Shown: in pieces, positions 47,324-56,238 of the stretch | Layout: each line of letters begins with the position of its first letter | Numbering within the stretch: the first letter of the stretch is position 1 | Assembly: GCA_021786315.1 (NCBI GenBank) | Contig: JAJYNN010000002.1 | Span: 545,494 to 609,493 of the forward strand | Direction: 5' to 3' | Source of the DNA: a bacterium | GTDB taxonomy: Bacteria; Patescibacteriota; Microgenomatia; Daviesbacterales; UBA10151 | Length of the DNA: 64,000 nt | The notes under the pieces: model-generated | Told to the model about the DNA's origin: nothing | What the model saw: the letters and a program-made list of their open reading frames with translations, nothing else | The model's database searches: none | Translations under genes and position numbers: made by a program

Positions 47324-48232
47324 TCAACGAAAGACTATTCTTTTTTTCCATGATTGGTTTTGTTCTGGTAAGAGCTCCATTCGCTCTCTTAAAGCAATTC
47401 CCTCCAAAATTTCCGGGGTAATTGGAATGCCCAATATATCTTCATACTCAGTAATCACTCCATCCATTACTTCCCGGAACTTTTTTAGGCCGTTGGTTCG
47501 AGATACGGGAGATCCTAGATACTGAATTTTATGTAATACTTGTCCCGCTTGAGAACAGTATCCTCTATAGTAATACCATAAGCTACTTTCATAAATCGAA
47601 TAAGAAGAGAGTCCTCGATTCTGTTGTAGATAATAGACATACGCATCCACAGGAGCAGGGTAAGTTAGAAGCCCGCCTTCCTGCTTAAAAAAAGCCTCCA
47701 CAATAGTTTGTTGGTATAAGTTAAAAGCAGAAAAATTTTTCCCAGTTTCATAAGGAATAACTCCCCTTCTTATTACTGGCCGATGGCACTCTCTCCTAAT
47801 CCACTCAGGGAGGCACTTATTGAAATGGTCAACCAGCTGACCCAATCTATCAAGCATAATTTTAGTACTTTCTACCTCTCTTGTTGGTAAAGTAGTCAAT
47901 GCACTAGGTTCCGGCGAGACTTGATCCACACGAGTAGAACCATCATCAGTAAAATCTGTACCTCCGAAAGCTCTAAGAAGAACAGAAACACGGGCTCCTT
48001 CATCAGTAAACGACTTATCGGCAATATCTAATAGAACCTGTATTTCTTCCAGAGAACCAAGAGCTCTCGAGAACCTCTTCGAACCTGCCTCCAAGGAAGC
48101 TGCATCTTCAGTCTTTCCGGAAATCCGTAAAAGACCCTCTAATCCGGATAATTTTTCTGAAGTCTGCTCCAACTTAGCCCTGGCTTCCCCGAGAGTTACG
48201 TCCCCTGCTAACGAAAAATCTCTCTCTGACAT
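47324..48232 (-). CDS. hypothetical protein
   Basis: 302-aa ORF. No recognisable domain. Confidence 0.35.
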   Translation of the reverse strand: MSERDFSLAGDVTLGEARAKLEQTSEKLSGLEGLLRISGKTEDAASLEAGSKRFSRALGSLEEIQVLLDIADKSFTDEGARVSVLLRAFGGTDFTDDGSTRVDQVSPEPSALTTLPTREVESTKIMLDRLGQLVDHFNKCLPEWIRRECHRPVIRRGVIPYETGKNFSAFNLYQQTIVEAFFKQEGGLLTYPAPVDAYVYYLQQNRGLSSYSIYESSLWYYYRGYCSQAGQVLHKIQYLGSPVSRTNGLKKFREVMDGVITEYEDILGIPITPEILEGIALRERMELLPEQNQSWKKRIVFR

Positions 48233-48284
48233 GCAGCAAGACTACAATACATAGATTAAAAAAGTCAAAAAAACACTCGCTCCC

Positions 48285-48313
48285 TTGACAAAAGTTTTTA
48301 AATCCTTTAAATA
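48285..48313 (+). promoter_or_regulatory. sigma70-type promoter upstream of LysM gene
   Basis: TTGACA, a 17-nt spacer, TAAATA. AGGAGG RBS at the gene start. Confidence 0.45.
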
Positions 48314-48393
48314 CAAACTATACTTCAAAAGAATCTTTTTTACTGCCACAAGAGATTTTCTGCTCAAGCTAATTACAGTTAGGAGGTGAGAAA

Positions 48394-49062
48394 ATGCCAA
48401 GAAAAAAACAAACACTTGCTATCGCTACAGCCAGGCGAACCGCAAAAATTGGTCGGGTTTCAAGGTCTTCCTCGAATCTTTCTCTAATCCAAAAATTACA
48501 AAAGGAGTTAAACATCAACCAATCGTACCTTTCAGTACTATTGGGAATTTTGATTGTTTTAGTAGTTGGAGTTTTGGTCTTTAACTACGTCAAGAGAAAT
48601 GAAGGAAATCTGGGGCCAGCCCAACAAACAGTTTCGGAAAACAAAAATGCAGATGTTAAGCCGGAAAACTTGCCGGGTAAATACACTGTTAAGGACGGTG
48701 ACACTCTATTCAAGATTGCCCAAGCTTATTACAACGATGGTTACAAATATCCTGAGTTAGTAAAAGCCAATAAAATTGCTGACGAGAACGTTATCGCCGT
48801 CGGCCAGGTAATAGACATTCCAAAACTGGAAGTAGCTTCCGACACTCAAACTGCCTTGGGTACAGGCGGATCTACTAACGAAACTATCTGGGGAGATAAA
48901 ATCACCGGCGATACATATACGGTAGTAGAAGGTGACTGGCTTTCCAAGATTGCGGGACGGGCTTATGGGGATATTTATGCTTTTGACAAAATTGCCAAAG
49001 CAAACAACATTACTGACGTCGATAATATCGAACCAGGAACAGTCCTAAAAATTCCGCGTTAA
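48394..49062 (+). CDS. LysM-domain protein (two LysM repeats) with N-terminal TM
   Basis: YTVKDGDTLFKIAQAYY...VIDIP and YTVVEGDWLSKIAGRAY...VLKIP. Confidence 0.85.
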   Translation: MPRKKQTLAIATARRTAKIGRVSRSSSNLSLIQKLQKELNINQSYLSVLLGILIVLVVGVLVFNYVKRNEGNLGPAQQTVSENKNADVKPENLPGKYTVKDGDTLFKIAQAYYNDGYKYPELVKANKIADENVIAVGQVIDIPKLEVASDTQTALGTGGSTNETIWGDKITGDTYTVVEGDWLSKIAGRAYGDIYAFDKIAKANNITDVDNIEPGTVLKIPR

Positions 49063-49400
49063 GCAATCCCGGCGAATAAAATTAGGAGCAATCCTAAAAT
49101 TATTACCAAAACCAGAAGGCTTGGTAGTCCTGTGAAGGCAAAAAAGCCGGAGAAAATTCCTAAAACGGAAAGTGCCCAAAGCAGTAAAAGCAAGCCGGCA
49201 ACAATTTGAAGTGGAGCCGGAAGCAAAGTTATCACCCACAGAACCACAGCTAAAATCAGCAGGTTTAAAAGAGTGATGGGAATGCCGTTAAATGTAAAAA
49301 GTATAATATTGGGTATTAATAACCCGGGGATTGTGACGTACCCTAAAAACCACAGGATTATTAAGAGAATAAGCAGCGCCCCCAACATATCTTGTATCAT
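49059..49400 (-). CDS. small hydrophobic membrane protein (3' part of a 264-aa ORF; upstream part is antisense to the GlsB gene and probably not coding)
   Basis: MIQDMLGALLILLIILWFLGY... with 3-4 TM segments. Confidence 0.3.
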   Translation of the reverse strand: MIQDMLGALLILLIILWFLGYVTIPGLLIPNIILFTFNGIPITLLNLLILAVVLWVITLLPAPLQIVAGLLLLLWALSVLGIFSGFFAFTGLPSLLVLVIILGLLLILFAGIA

Positions 49401-49515
49401 AATTCCCTCTCCTAAGAAGCCAGTTAAAATCGGGTAAGAAAGCAGACATATATCTCTTGATAAATTCTTACCCACATCTGATTGAATATTTAACCCAAAA
49501 CAATAACATGTCATC

Positions 49516-49872
49516 ATGACAAATATCACTGGCATCTCCGACCTGTTCAAGATTAATGCCGGCATCATTTTGGCAGCAATTACGGCAAGTTTGATCACCT
49601 GGATCGTCTTCGGGATTGTAGTTGGAATTATTGCCCACTTCATAGACCGGGGCGAGGTCCGGGGAGGAATTCTTGGCACGATTTTAACGGCAATTATTGG
49701 GTCAATATTGGGAGGACTAATAGGAAATTTGGTTTTTGGCATTAGCGCCGTAGGCATTAATGGCCAAAGCTTCCTGGTTGCAGCCATCGGAGCCATAATT
49801 CTTGTCATACTTGAACGGATAATCTTCCGGAACCGGGAACATATTAAAACCAAAGTGACAAGATTGGATTAA
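49516..49872 (+). CDS. GlsB/YeaQ/YmgE family transglycosylase-associated membrane protein
   Basis: Gly-zipper TM repeats GIVVGIIAHFI...GGILGTILTAIIGSILGGLIGNLVFG. Confidence 0.65.
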   Translation: MTNITGISDLFKINAGIILAAITASLITWIVFGIVVGIIAHFIDRGEVRGGILGTILTAIIGSILGGLIGNLVFGISAVGINGQSFLVAAIGAIILVILERIIFRNREHIKTKVTRLD

Positions 49873-49874
49873 CA

Positions 49875-50768
49875 ATGCTAGTTAAAGGAACAGAAGTTAT
49901 TGGTGCCAAGGTTTTTACAATTGACGAAGGCGAACAGGTTGAGGATGTGGATGATGTTATCTACAATCCTCAAACGAACCGGGTAGAAGCCCTTCTTGTC
50001 TCCCCTAGCGGCATTTTTTCCGAAGCTAAGCTAATATTGCTTAAAGATGCCCGGGGTGTAGGTAAAGATGCGGTTTTAATTCAAAACAAAGATATTATGA
50101 AAAATTCCTCCGATATTCCCTCCAATTTAGCGTCCATTGCCACCAAAGGTGCCTATTTAACGGAAAACAGGATTATTTCCGAATCAGGAGTAGACCTGGG
50201 GAAAGTAGTTGATATTTTATTTGACAGCCAAAGCGGTAAAGTTGAGGAATTTGAAGTCTCCCAAGGCCTAAGAGATGTTGCAACAGGCAGAAAACGAGTT
50301 AAAGTTTCGGACATTATTACTGTCGGGAAAGATGCTGTAATTGTGAAAGGCTACACGGAAGAAAAAGTCAGTGAGCAGGCAAAAAGCGGCGGAGTTGTTG
50401 GGGCAGTCAATAAAGGTGCAGAAACTATCCGTCGGGAAGGGCCAAAATACTACGAACAGGCCAAAACCAAGGCTCAGGAATATGCCGATAGAGCCAGGAG
50501 TAAAGCCGAGGAATACCGGCAAAAACCGGAGACCCAAAAAACCATTAACGAAGCCAAAATAGAGGCAAAAAAACTAAAGGGGCAAGCTTCAGAAACATAC
50601 CAAAGGGTCAAGGGTAAAGCAAAAGAAGCAAAAAGGACACAGAGCCCAAAAGTTCGGTCAATGGCCCAAAGAGCCCGGGAAGAAGCAGCCCAATACCGTG
50701 CCCAAGCTCAACAAACTACTAGACCAAAATCCCGAAAAACAACTAAGAAATCCTCTAAAAGAAGGTGA
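49875..50768 (+). CDS. tandem PRC-barrel domain protein with Lys/Gln-rich C-terminal tail
   Basis: Two PRC-barrel-like segments (GAKVFTIDEGEQVEDVDDVIYNP...; GKVVDILFDSQSGKVEEFEVSQG), then a KAEEYRQKPETQK low-complexity tail. Confidence 0.5.
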   Translation: MLVKGTEVIGAKVFTIDEGEQVEDVDDVIYNPQTNRVEALLVSPSGIFSEAKLILLKDARGVGKDAVLIQNKDIMKNSSDIPSNLASIATKGAYLTENRIISESGVDLGKVVDILFDSQSGKVEEFEVSQGLRDVATGRKRVKVSDIITVGKDAVIVKGYTEEKVSEQAKSGGVVGAVNKGAETIRREGPKYYEQAKTKAQEYADRARSKAEEYRQKPETQKTINEAKIEAKKLKGQASETYQRVKGKAKEAKRTQSPKVRSMAQRAREEAAQYRAQAQQTTRPKSRKTTKKSSKRR

Positions 50769-50865
50769 CTTCCTCGCCAAAGCCAGGCGTTACCTTAGCA
50801 CTTTTCCCCTCCATAAAGGTGACCTCCTTGGCGTATAGCAAGGGGTCACCTTGCGCATTGAAAAG

Positions 50866-51291
50866 TTAAGGTAACTGGTTATCAGAAACTGGCGAGGCAG
50901 GAGTTGTGGGAGTTTCAACTTGTGTCTCTGCCGGCTTATTACTTTGTTCTACTTCTAATCCAGGAACTTGAGTAAATCGAGAAAGACCACCAGTCGCTTC
51001 TCCTAATGTATTCGATGCAGGTTGTGTTTTAAGGGGGATTGAAGGAATTGGTAACTTCACTTCAGGTTCCTCTTTTCTAGGAGGAGGAGTCACTCCTGAT
51101 TGCTCTAACGCAAAGTCTTTTACCTGACTGGCAGCTTCCTTGGTTGCAGCACCTAAAGCATCAGGCATCGACTTTGCAAGTAAACCAGCTGCTTCCCCAG
51201 CAGTCATATGTGGAGTTTCAGAAGAAGAATCAAGGGAACCCAAAGGTAGCTCTTTTTCTTCAAAGCTTCCACCAATCACATCATCTTTCAT
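50866..51291 (-). CDS. acidic low-complexity hypothetical protein
   Basis: 141-aa ORF. Pro/Thr/Glu-rich. Confidence 0.25.
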   Translation of the reverse strand: MKDDVIGGSFEEKELPLGSLDSSSETPHMTAGEAAGLLAKSMPDALGAATKEAASQVKDFALEQSGVTPPPRKEEPEVKLPIPSIPLKTQPASNTLGEATGGLSRFTQVPGLEVEQSNKPAETQVETPTTPASPVSDNQLP

Positions 51292-51431
51292 CTAGTTCAG
51301 TAGACCATAACCACATTAAAATATCAATCACCTTCCTTGGTTTCCTCCGCCAACTTGAGTTATAATTTGAGCGAAGCGATAATTTCAAGCTCCGCTTATA
51401 ATTTGAGCGAAGCGAGAATTACAGGATCGTT

Positions 51432-51460
51432 TTGACGCAGTCAAAAGGTAGCCCTATAAT
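51432..51460 (+). promoter_or_regulatory. sigma70 promoter of tRNA-Gly
   Basis: TTGACG, a 17-nt spacer, TATAAT. The tRNA starts 9 nt downstream. Confidence 0.55.
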
Positions 51461-51469
51461 ACTCACACT

Positions 51470-51540
51470 GCGGGATTCGTATAGTGGTAATATGCTTCCT
51501 TCCCAAGGAAGAGTCGAGGGTCCGATTCCCTTATCCCGCT
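51470..51540 (+). tRNA. tRNA-Gly (anticodon CCC)
   Basis: GCGGGATTCGTATAGTGGTAATATGCTTCCTTCCCAAGGAAGAGTCGAGGGTCCGATTCCCTTATCCCGCT. Anticodon loop TTCCCAA. Atypical T-loop TCCGATT. Confidence 0.8.
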
Positions 51541-51544
51541 CATA

Positions 51545-51946
51545 ATGAGCGAAAATGAACCTGATAATAATTTGGAAGCCTTTAGGTCTTATATCGAAGA
51601 AGAAATAGATAATCTTTTCGGAACACCTGAAATGCTTGATACAGTTCGCCCAATCGATCCTTGGTGTATGAGACTGGAAAAACCAATGGAGGAGCTTAAT
51701 TTAGGCGAAAAGAAAATCATAGAACAGGCCATCTTTAAAACAGCCGGATTAGAACCTCAAACACTGGAAGAATCAAAGATTAGACAATACGAAGCTCATG
51801 GTAAAGAAGGTACCAAAGGTGCGGGAAAAATCTATATCGAAGTTTTTCGAACCAACCAGGAAGAAGTCTTTTTACAAAAGTTAACGTATCCGGATGGAGA
51901 AATAAGGTGGGCCGTCGGCCCGGATGAAAATCTAAAAGAACTTTAA
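51545..51946 (+). CDS. hypothetical protein
   Basis: 133-aa ORF directly after tRNA-Gly. Confidence 0.3.
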   Translation: MSENEPDNNLEAFRSYIEEEIDNLFGTPEMLDTVRPIDPWCMRLEKPMEELNLGEKKIIEQAIFKTAGLEPQTLEESKIRQYEAHGKEGTKGAGKIYIEVFRTNQEEVFLQKLTYPDGEIRWAVGPDENLKEL

Positions 51947-51949
51947 ACC

Positions 51950-53236
51950 TTATCTTCCACCCTGAGCCAAAGTAAAAATCAGGGCAATGGCTGCAGTGGA
52001 CATTCCAATAAATGTTGTCCAGAGAATAAGGTTTGAAAGCCAACCATTCCTGTATTCCCCCATGATATTTTTATTTCTGCCGATTAAAGCAATTAAGAAT
52101 AGCAAAGGAACAGCCACAATACCGTTGATCACTGCCGTATAGACTAAAGCCTTGACCGGGTCAATGCCGACAAAATTAATCATCAGCCCAATCAAGGTAG
52201 CCAGGGTAATCACCCCGTAGAAACCATGTGCCTGTTTCAATTTCCTATATAAACCTTCTTTCCAGCCAAAAGCCTCGGATAAGGCATAAGCAGCGGAACC
52301 TGCAAGAACAGGAACTGCCAACAACCCTAGACCAACAAGCCCGGTTGCAAAGATAGTCTTAGCCATAAATCCGGCGTTGGGGAAAGTTTGTACCAGCGGT
52401 TCTAAAGCTTTCGCGGCATCAGCTGCTGTGCGAATATCAGTAATGCCATTTTTGTTTAACACCGTAGCCCCGACAACGATAATACTCCAAGTGGCTATCT
52501 CTGAGGCAACCATCCCTAAAGCATTATCAATCCGCAACTGTTTAATCTGTGCCCAGCCAATACTGGGCCGGCTACTACCATTTAACTCATGTTTCTCCCG
52601 CTCTTCCTCCACCTCCTCTGAAGCCTGCCAGAAAAACATATACGGAGAAATCGTTGTCCCCAAAACTCCAGTAATGATAAACAGAAAGGCAAAATTGAGT
52701 TCAAAGTGCGGCACAAAGGTAGCCCGGAGTAACTCCCTCCATGGTTGGGAAACCAAAAGCACAGTTAAAGGATAGGCCAAAAGGGTAAGAGCCAGCCATT
52801 TAAGCAACCTTGAGTAAAACTTATAGGAAGTAAAGATCTCCAAAACCAAAACAGTAAAGGTAAAAAACAGGGTCAGCAGGGCAAAGTTGACGGGGATAAT
52901 CAACTGAGTGGCTGCAGCCATAGCCCCAATATCCGCCCCAATATTAATCGTATTGGCCACCACAACCAGGAAAACTACCCCATAAAGAATCCTCTTACTA
53001 TAGTGGGTCCGGACTACCGCCGCGATTCCCTTTCCGGTAACCATTCCAATCCTTGCGCAACATTCCTGCACCCCCATCATAAAGGGGAGCATAAACAGGG
53101 CTGTCCAAAGTTGGCCTAGTCCAAACTGAGCTCCGGTTTGAATATATGTCCCTATCCCTGAATCATCATCATCTGCCGCGCCGGTTATGACTCCGGGTCC
53201 TAAAATTCTTAATAATCTATTAAATTTATGCTTCAT
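51950..53236 (-). CDS. mntH: NRAMP-family divalent metal (Mn2+/Fe2+) transporter
   Basis: GPGVITGAADDDDSGIGTY...FMMGVQECCARIGMVTGKG. About 11 TM segments. Confidence 0.9.
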   Translation of the reverse strand: MKHKFNRLLRILGPGVITGAADDDDSGIGTYIQTGAQFGLGQLWTALFMLPFMMGVQECCARIGMVTGKGIAAVVRTHYSKRILYGVVFLVVVANTINIGADIGAMAAATQLIIPVNFALLTLFFTFTVLVLEIFTSYKFYSRLLKWLALTLLAYPLTVLLVSQPWRELLRATFVPHFELNFAFLFIITGVLGTTISPYMFFWQASEEVEEEREKHELNGSSRPSIGWAQIKQLRIDNALGMVASEIATWSIIVVGATVLNKNGITDIRTAADAAKALEPLVQTFPNAGFMAKTIFATGLVGLGLLAVPVLAGSAAYALSEAFGWKEGLYRKLKQAHGFYGVITLATLIGLMINFVGIDPVKALVYTAVINGIVAVPLLFLIALIGRNKNIMGEYRNGWLSNLILWTTFIGMSTAAIALIFTLAQGGR

Positions 53237-53312
53237 CTATTTATGTATAACATATCTAAAACTCTCACAACACCCCGATTTTCCCGTTTTCTGGTAGAAT
53301 ATACACATTACT

Positions 53313-53385
53313 GCCGATGTAGCTCAGTGGCAGAGCAATGCTTTCGTAAAGCAAAGGTCGTGAGTCCGATTCTCACCATCGGCTC
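53313..53385 (+). tRNA. tRNA-Thr (anticodon CGU)
   Basis: GCCGATGTAGCTCAGTGGCAGAGCAATGCTTTCGTAAAGCAAAGGTCGTGAGTCCGATTCTCACCATCGGCTC. Anticodon loop TTCGTAA. Confidence 0.85.
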
Positions 53386-53473
53386 CGAGCAAAGCGAGAA
53401 GACAAAGTGAGAACAACATCTTCGAGCAGAGCGAGAAGTAGTGTTATTCTCACCATCGGCTCTCACAATTTTT

Positions 53474-54235
53474 ATGAACAGGCAAAAACTTAGATCAAGA
53501 GCAAGAGCATCATCCAATAGTTCCTTTACAGCCAGACGCTGGGAGAAAAAAAGCAAGAAAAAAATTTATCTGACTCTTACCGTTATCGCCATACTTCTCT
53601 ACTCATTTTTCACCTGGTTTCTGCCCACGCTCATAGGAAGCCTGTCTTTTGTAAACCAATTCAAACCAGCGCCAACACCTGTTCCTCAAGTCGCTGACAG
53701 TGTCACTTTAGCCCCACCCGTTTTAAATATTCCTTTTGAAGCAACAGGAAGTTCCACTATTAAGGTTAAAGGTTACGCTTCTCCTAATACATCAGTAAAA
53801 ATTTATCTGGATGATGATTTAAAAAGTACCGTTAAAACATCCGGTGACGGTAGCTTCACCTCAGATGATATCACCCTCAGCTTAGGTTCAAATAATATTT
53901 ACGGAAAAACTGTTGATGAAAGTAACCACGAAAGTTTACCCTCCACGACTCTCCGGATCAGTTACATTAACGAAAAACCGGATTTATCAGTGGATAGTCC
54001 GGCTGACAATCAGGTCATAAACGGCGGGGACAAAAAAGTTACAGTTTCCGGCAAAGTCAACCCAAAGGAGAATATGTCTTTGACTATCAATGGCCAAGTT
54101 ATCATCCTGAAAGATGACGGCAGCTTCTCTCAATCAATAGATATCAATGAAGGAGATAATAATATTGTAATTAAGGCAATTGACCAAGTTGGTAATAGTG
54201 CCCAAGTTACCCGTAAAGTTACTTATAATCCCTAA
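53474..54235 (+). CDS. membrane-anchored extracellular protein with two Ig-like (Big-type) domains
   Basis: TM IYLTLTVIAILLYSFFTWFLP, then two beta-rich repeats (TIKVKGYASPNTSVKIYLDDD...; KVTVSGKVNPKENMSLTINGQ...). The ORF-track start at 53441 lies within the tRNA-Thr scar. Confidence 0.5.
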   Translation: MNRQKLRSRARASSNSSFTARRWEKKSKKKIYLTLTVIAILLYSFFTWFLPTLIGSLSFVNQFKPAPTPVPQVADSVTLAPPVLNIPFEATGSSTIKVKGYASPNTSVKIYLDDDLKSTVKTSGDGSFTSDDITLSLGSNNIYGKTVDESNHESLPSTTLRISYINEKPDLSVDSPADNQVINGGDKKVTVSGKVNPKENMSLTINGQVIILKDDGSFSQSIDINEGDNNIVIKAIDQVGNSAQVTRKVTYNP

Positions 54236-54337
54236 GCGGAGCGAGAGAATTACAGGATCGTTCCGGCAAATGCCGGGAGGTAGCCTACAATAATACCTAG
54301 ATTGCATAAATAAACCCCAGCAGTTAATATACTTCCG

Positions 54338-55060
54338 ATGAAGACACTCTCCATAGTTATCCCTATTTTTAATGAAGAAAAATTTATCGCCACGACCTTA
54401 GAAAAGGTTATAAAAAGTGACACTCTTAGCTTTAAAAAGGAAATCATTTTGGTTGATGACGGATCTAAAGATCAAACACCAAAAATTTTAAAAAAATTAG
54501 AAAAACAATACCAAAAGAAAGTCAAAATAAAACTCATCCTGAAAAAGAAAAATCAAGGCAAAGGAGCGGCCCTAAAAGACGGATTTCTAGAGACTACCGG
54601 AGATATTGTCCTAGTCCAAGACGCGGATCTTGAATATAACCCCAATGATTACCCTACTCTCCTTGAACCCTTTATAAACCACGATGCCGATGTGGTTTAT
54701 GGCTCCAGACTTTTGTCCAACCGCCCCCACCGTGTCCTTTATTTTTGGCACTATGTTTCCAATATGGTTTTGACAACTTTATCCAATATGTTTACCAACT
54801 TAAATCTTTCGGATATGGAAACAGGATATAAGGTTTTTAAGGGAGATCTAATCCGTAAATTGGCCAAAAAATTAAAGAGCAAGAGGTTTGGATTTGAGCC
54901 GGAAATTACTGCTAGAATCTCTAAGGTCAAAGGCATTAAAGTATATGAAGTGGGAATTTCCTATTCCGGGAGAACTTACGAAGAAGGTAAAAAAATTGGC
55001 TGGAAAGACGGAGCTAAAGCGGTTTGGGAAATTTTTAAATACAATGTTTTAGAATCATGA
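54338..55060 (+). CDS. family 2 glycosyltransferase (Dpm1/polyprenyl-phosphate sugar transferase-like)
   Basis: LSIVIPIFNEE, LVDDGSKD, LVQDADLEY (DxD). Confidence 0.85.
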   Translation: MKTLSIVIPIFNEEKFIATTLEKVIKSDTLSFKKEIILVDDGSKDQTPKILKKLEKQYQKKVKIKLILKKKNQGKGAALKDGFLETTGDIVLVQDADLEYNPNDYPTLLEPFINHDADVVYGSRLLSNRPHRVLYFWHYVSNMVLTTLSNMFTNLNLSDMETGYKVFKGDLIRKLAKKLKSKRFGFEPEITARISKVKGIKVYEVGISYSGRTYEEGKKIGWKDGAKAVWEIFKYNVLES

Positions 55061-56238
55061 AATATATAACAAGTCTTATTTTATTAATTGGCCTTTTAGC
55101 CGGGCAGCTTTTTAAATTTCCCCAAGGGAACCAGGGAGGGGCCACGCTTTTGGATCTCGCAGTAATTATATTAATCCTTTTCTCAATTCCTAAAATTAAA
55201 CTCCAAAACTTAAAATTAAACCATTGGACCAAAGCCGCTTTTATCTTCTCCGGGGTAGCAATAATATCTTTAATTCTGACACCGCTCAGACTAAGCACCA
55301 GCCAATATCTTTTAAGCCTTGCCTATCCTTTCCGCTTTACACTTTATTTCTTGTTAGGCTTTCTAATTTCCAACGGTGCACTGCCAACCCTGAAGAAAAC
55401 CTTACCAAAAACTATTTTGTTCTCCGGAATAGGGCTTGCCGTCCTTGGGCTATTACAGCTAATCTTTATTCCGGATTTAGGGTTCATGTCAGAAGCCGGA
55501 TGGGATCCCCATTATTTCAGGACTGTTTCGACTCTTCTTGACCCAAACTTTCTCGGGGCATATCTAGTCTTAACTCTTCTTTCAATCACTCTGGATCAGT
55601 CAATTTCCCCAACAATAAAAAAGAGGCTTCCAGGTTTTATTATTACCTACCTGGCAATCATCACAACATTTTCCCGCAGTGCGGCAATCATGCTTTTTGT
55701 AAGTTTTACAGCACTTGCACTCTTAAAAAGATCCCCCAAATTATTATTGCTTTCCATATTCTTAACGGGTGGAGTTGGTTTAGGATTTTTAGGATACAAA
55801 CAGCTAGTTGCCCAACCCCGGGGAATCGACCGGCAACAATCGGCCTACTATCGCCTAAATTCCTGGCAGGAAGGATGGACAATGCTTCAATACTCCCCTG
55901 TTTTTGGAGTAGGGTTTAACGCCTACCGTTTTGCCCTTTCTCAATATCATCTGGGGACAGAAAATTTCAGCCAGACGCGTGGAGCGTCTGCCAATGATTC
56001 CAGCCTTTTATTCGTGGCAGCAACCACCGGAGTTGTGGGATTGGCTGTATTCTTTGCCTTTTTAACAACACTTATTCAGGGATCTCTCTTTAAAGTTACC
56101 CAAAACAAATGGAATCTAGTAATTGTCTCAGGCTTACTTGGCTTAATTGCCCAAAGTTTTTTTATTAATGTTCTTTTTTATCCCTGGATTTTAATTTGGG
56201 TTATCCTTGTTACAGTTTACGCTCAATCTAAGCAGTAA
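55057..56238 (+). CDS. O-antigen ligase/polymerase-like membrane protein (Wzy_C family)
   Basis: About 10 TM segments. Wzy_C-like IITTFSRSAAIMLFVSFTAL. Start overlaps the GT2 stop. Confidence 0.6.
   Translation: MKYITSLILLIGLLAGQLFKFPQGNQGGATLLDLAVIILILFSIPKIKLQNLKLNHWTKAAFIFSGVAIISLILTPLRLSTSQYLLSLAYPFRFTLYFLLGFLISNGALPTLKKTLPKTILFSGIGLAVLGLLQLIFIPDLGFMSEAGWDPHYFRTVSTLLDPNFLGAYLVLTLLSITLDQSISPTIKKRLPGFIITYLAIITTFSRSAAIMLFVSFTALALLKRSPKLLLLSIFLTGGVGLGFLGYKQLVAQPRGIDRQQSAYYRLNSWQEGWTMLQYSPVFGVGFNAYRFALSQYHLGTENFSQTRGASANDSSLLFVAATTGVVGLAVFFAFLTTLIQGSLFKVTQNKWNLVIVSGLLGLIAQSFFINVLFYPWILIWVILVTVYAQSKQ

Noticed and set aside
47097-47351. ORFs 47097-47321 (+) and 47169-47351 (-)
   Set aside because: They overlap tRNA-Asp and the bidirectional terminator, so they are artefacts of translating RNA-gene sequence.
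49401-49853. Upstream 150 codons of the 264-aa ORF 49059-49853 (-)
   Set aside because: It is antisense to the well-supported GlsB/YeaQ/YmgE gene and has a biased P/R/I composition. Only the hydrophobic 3' third (49059-49400) is kept as a possible gene.
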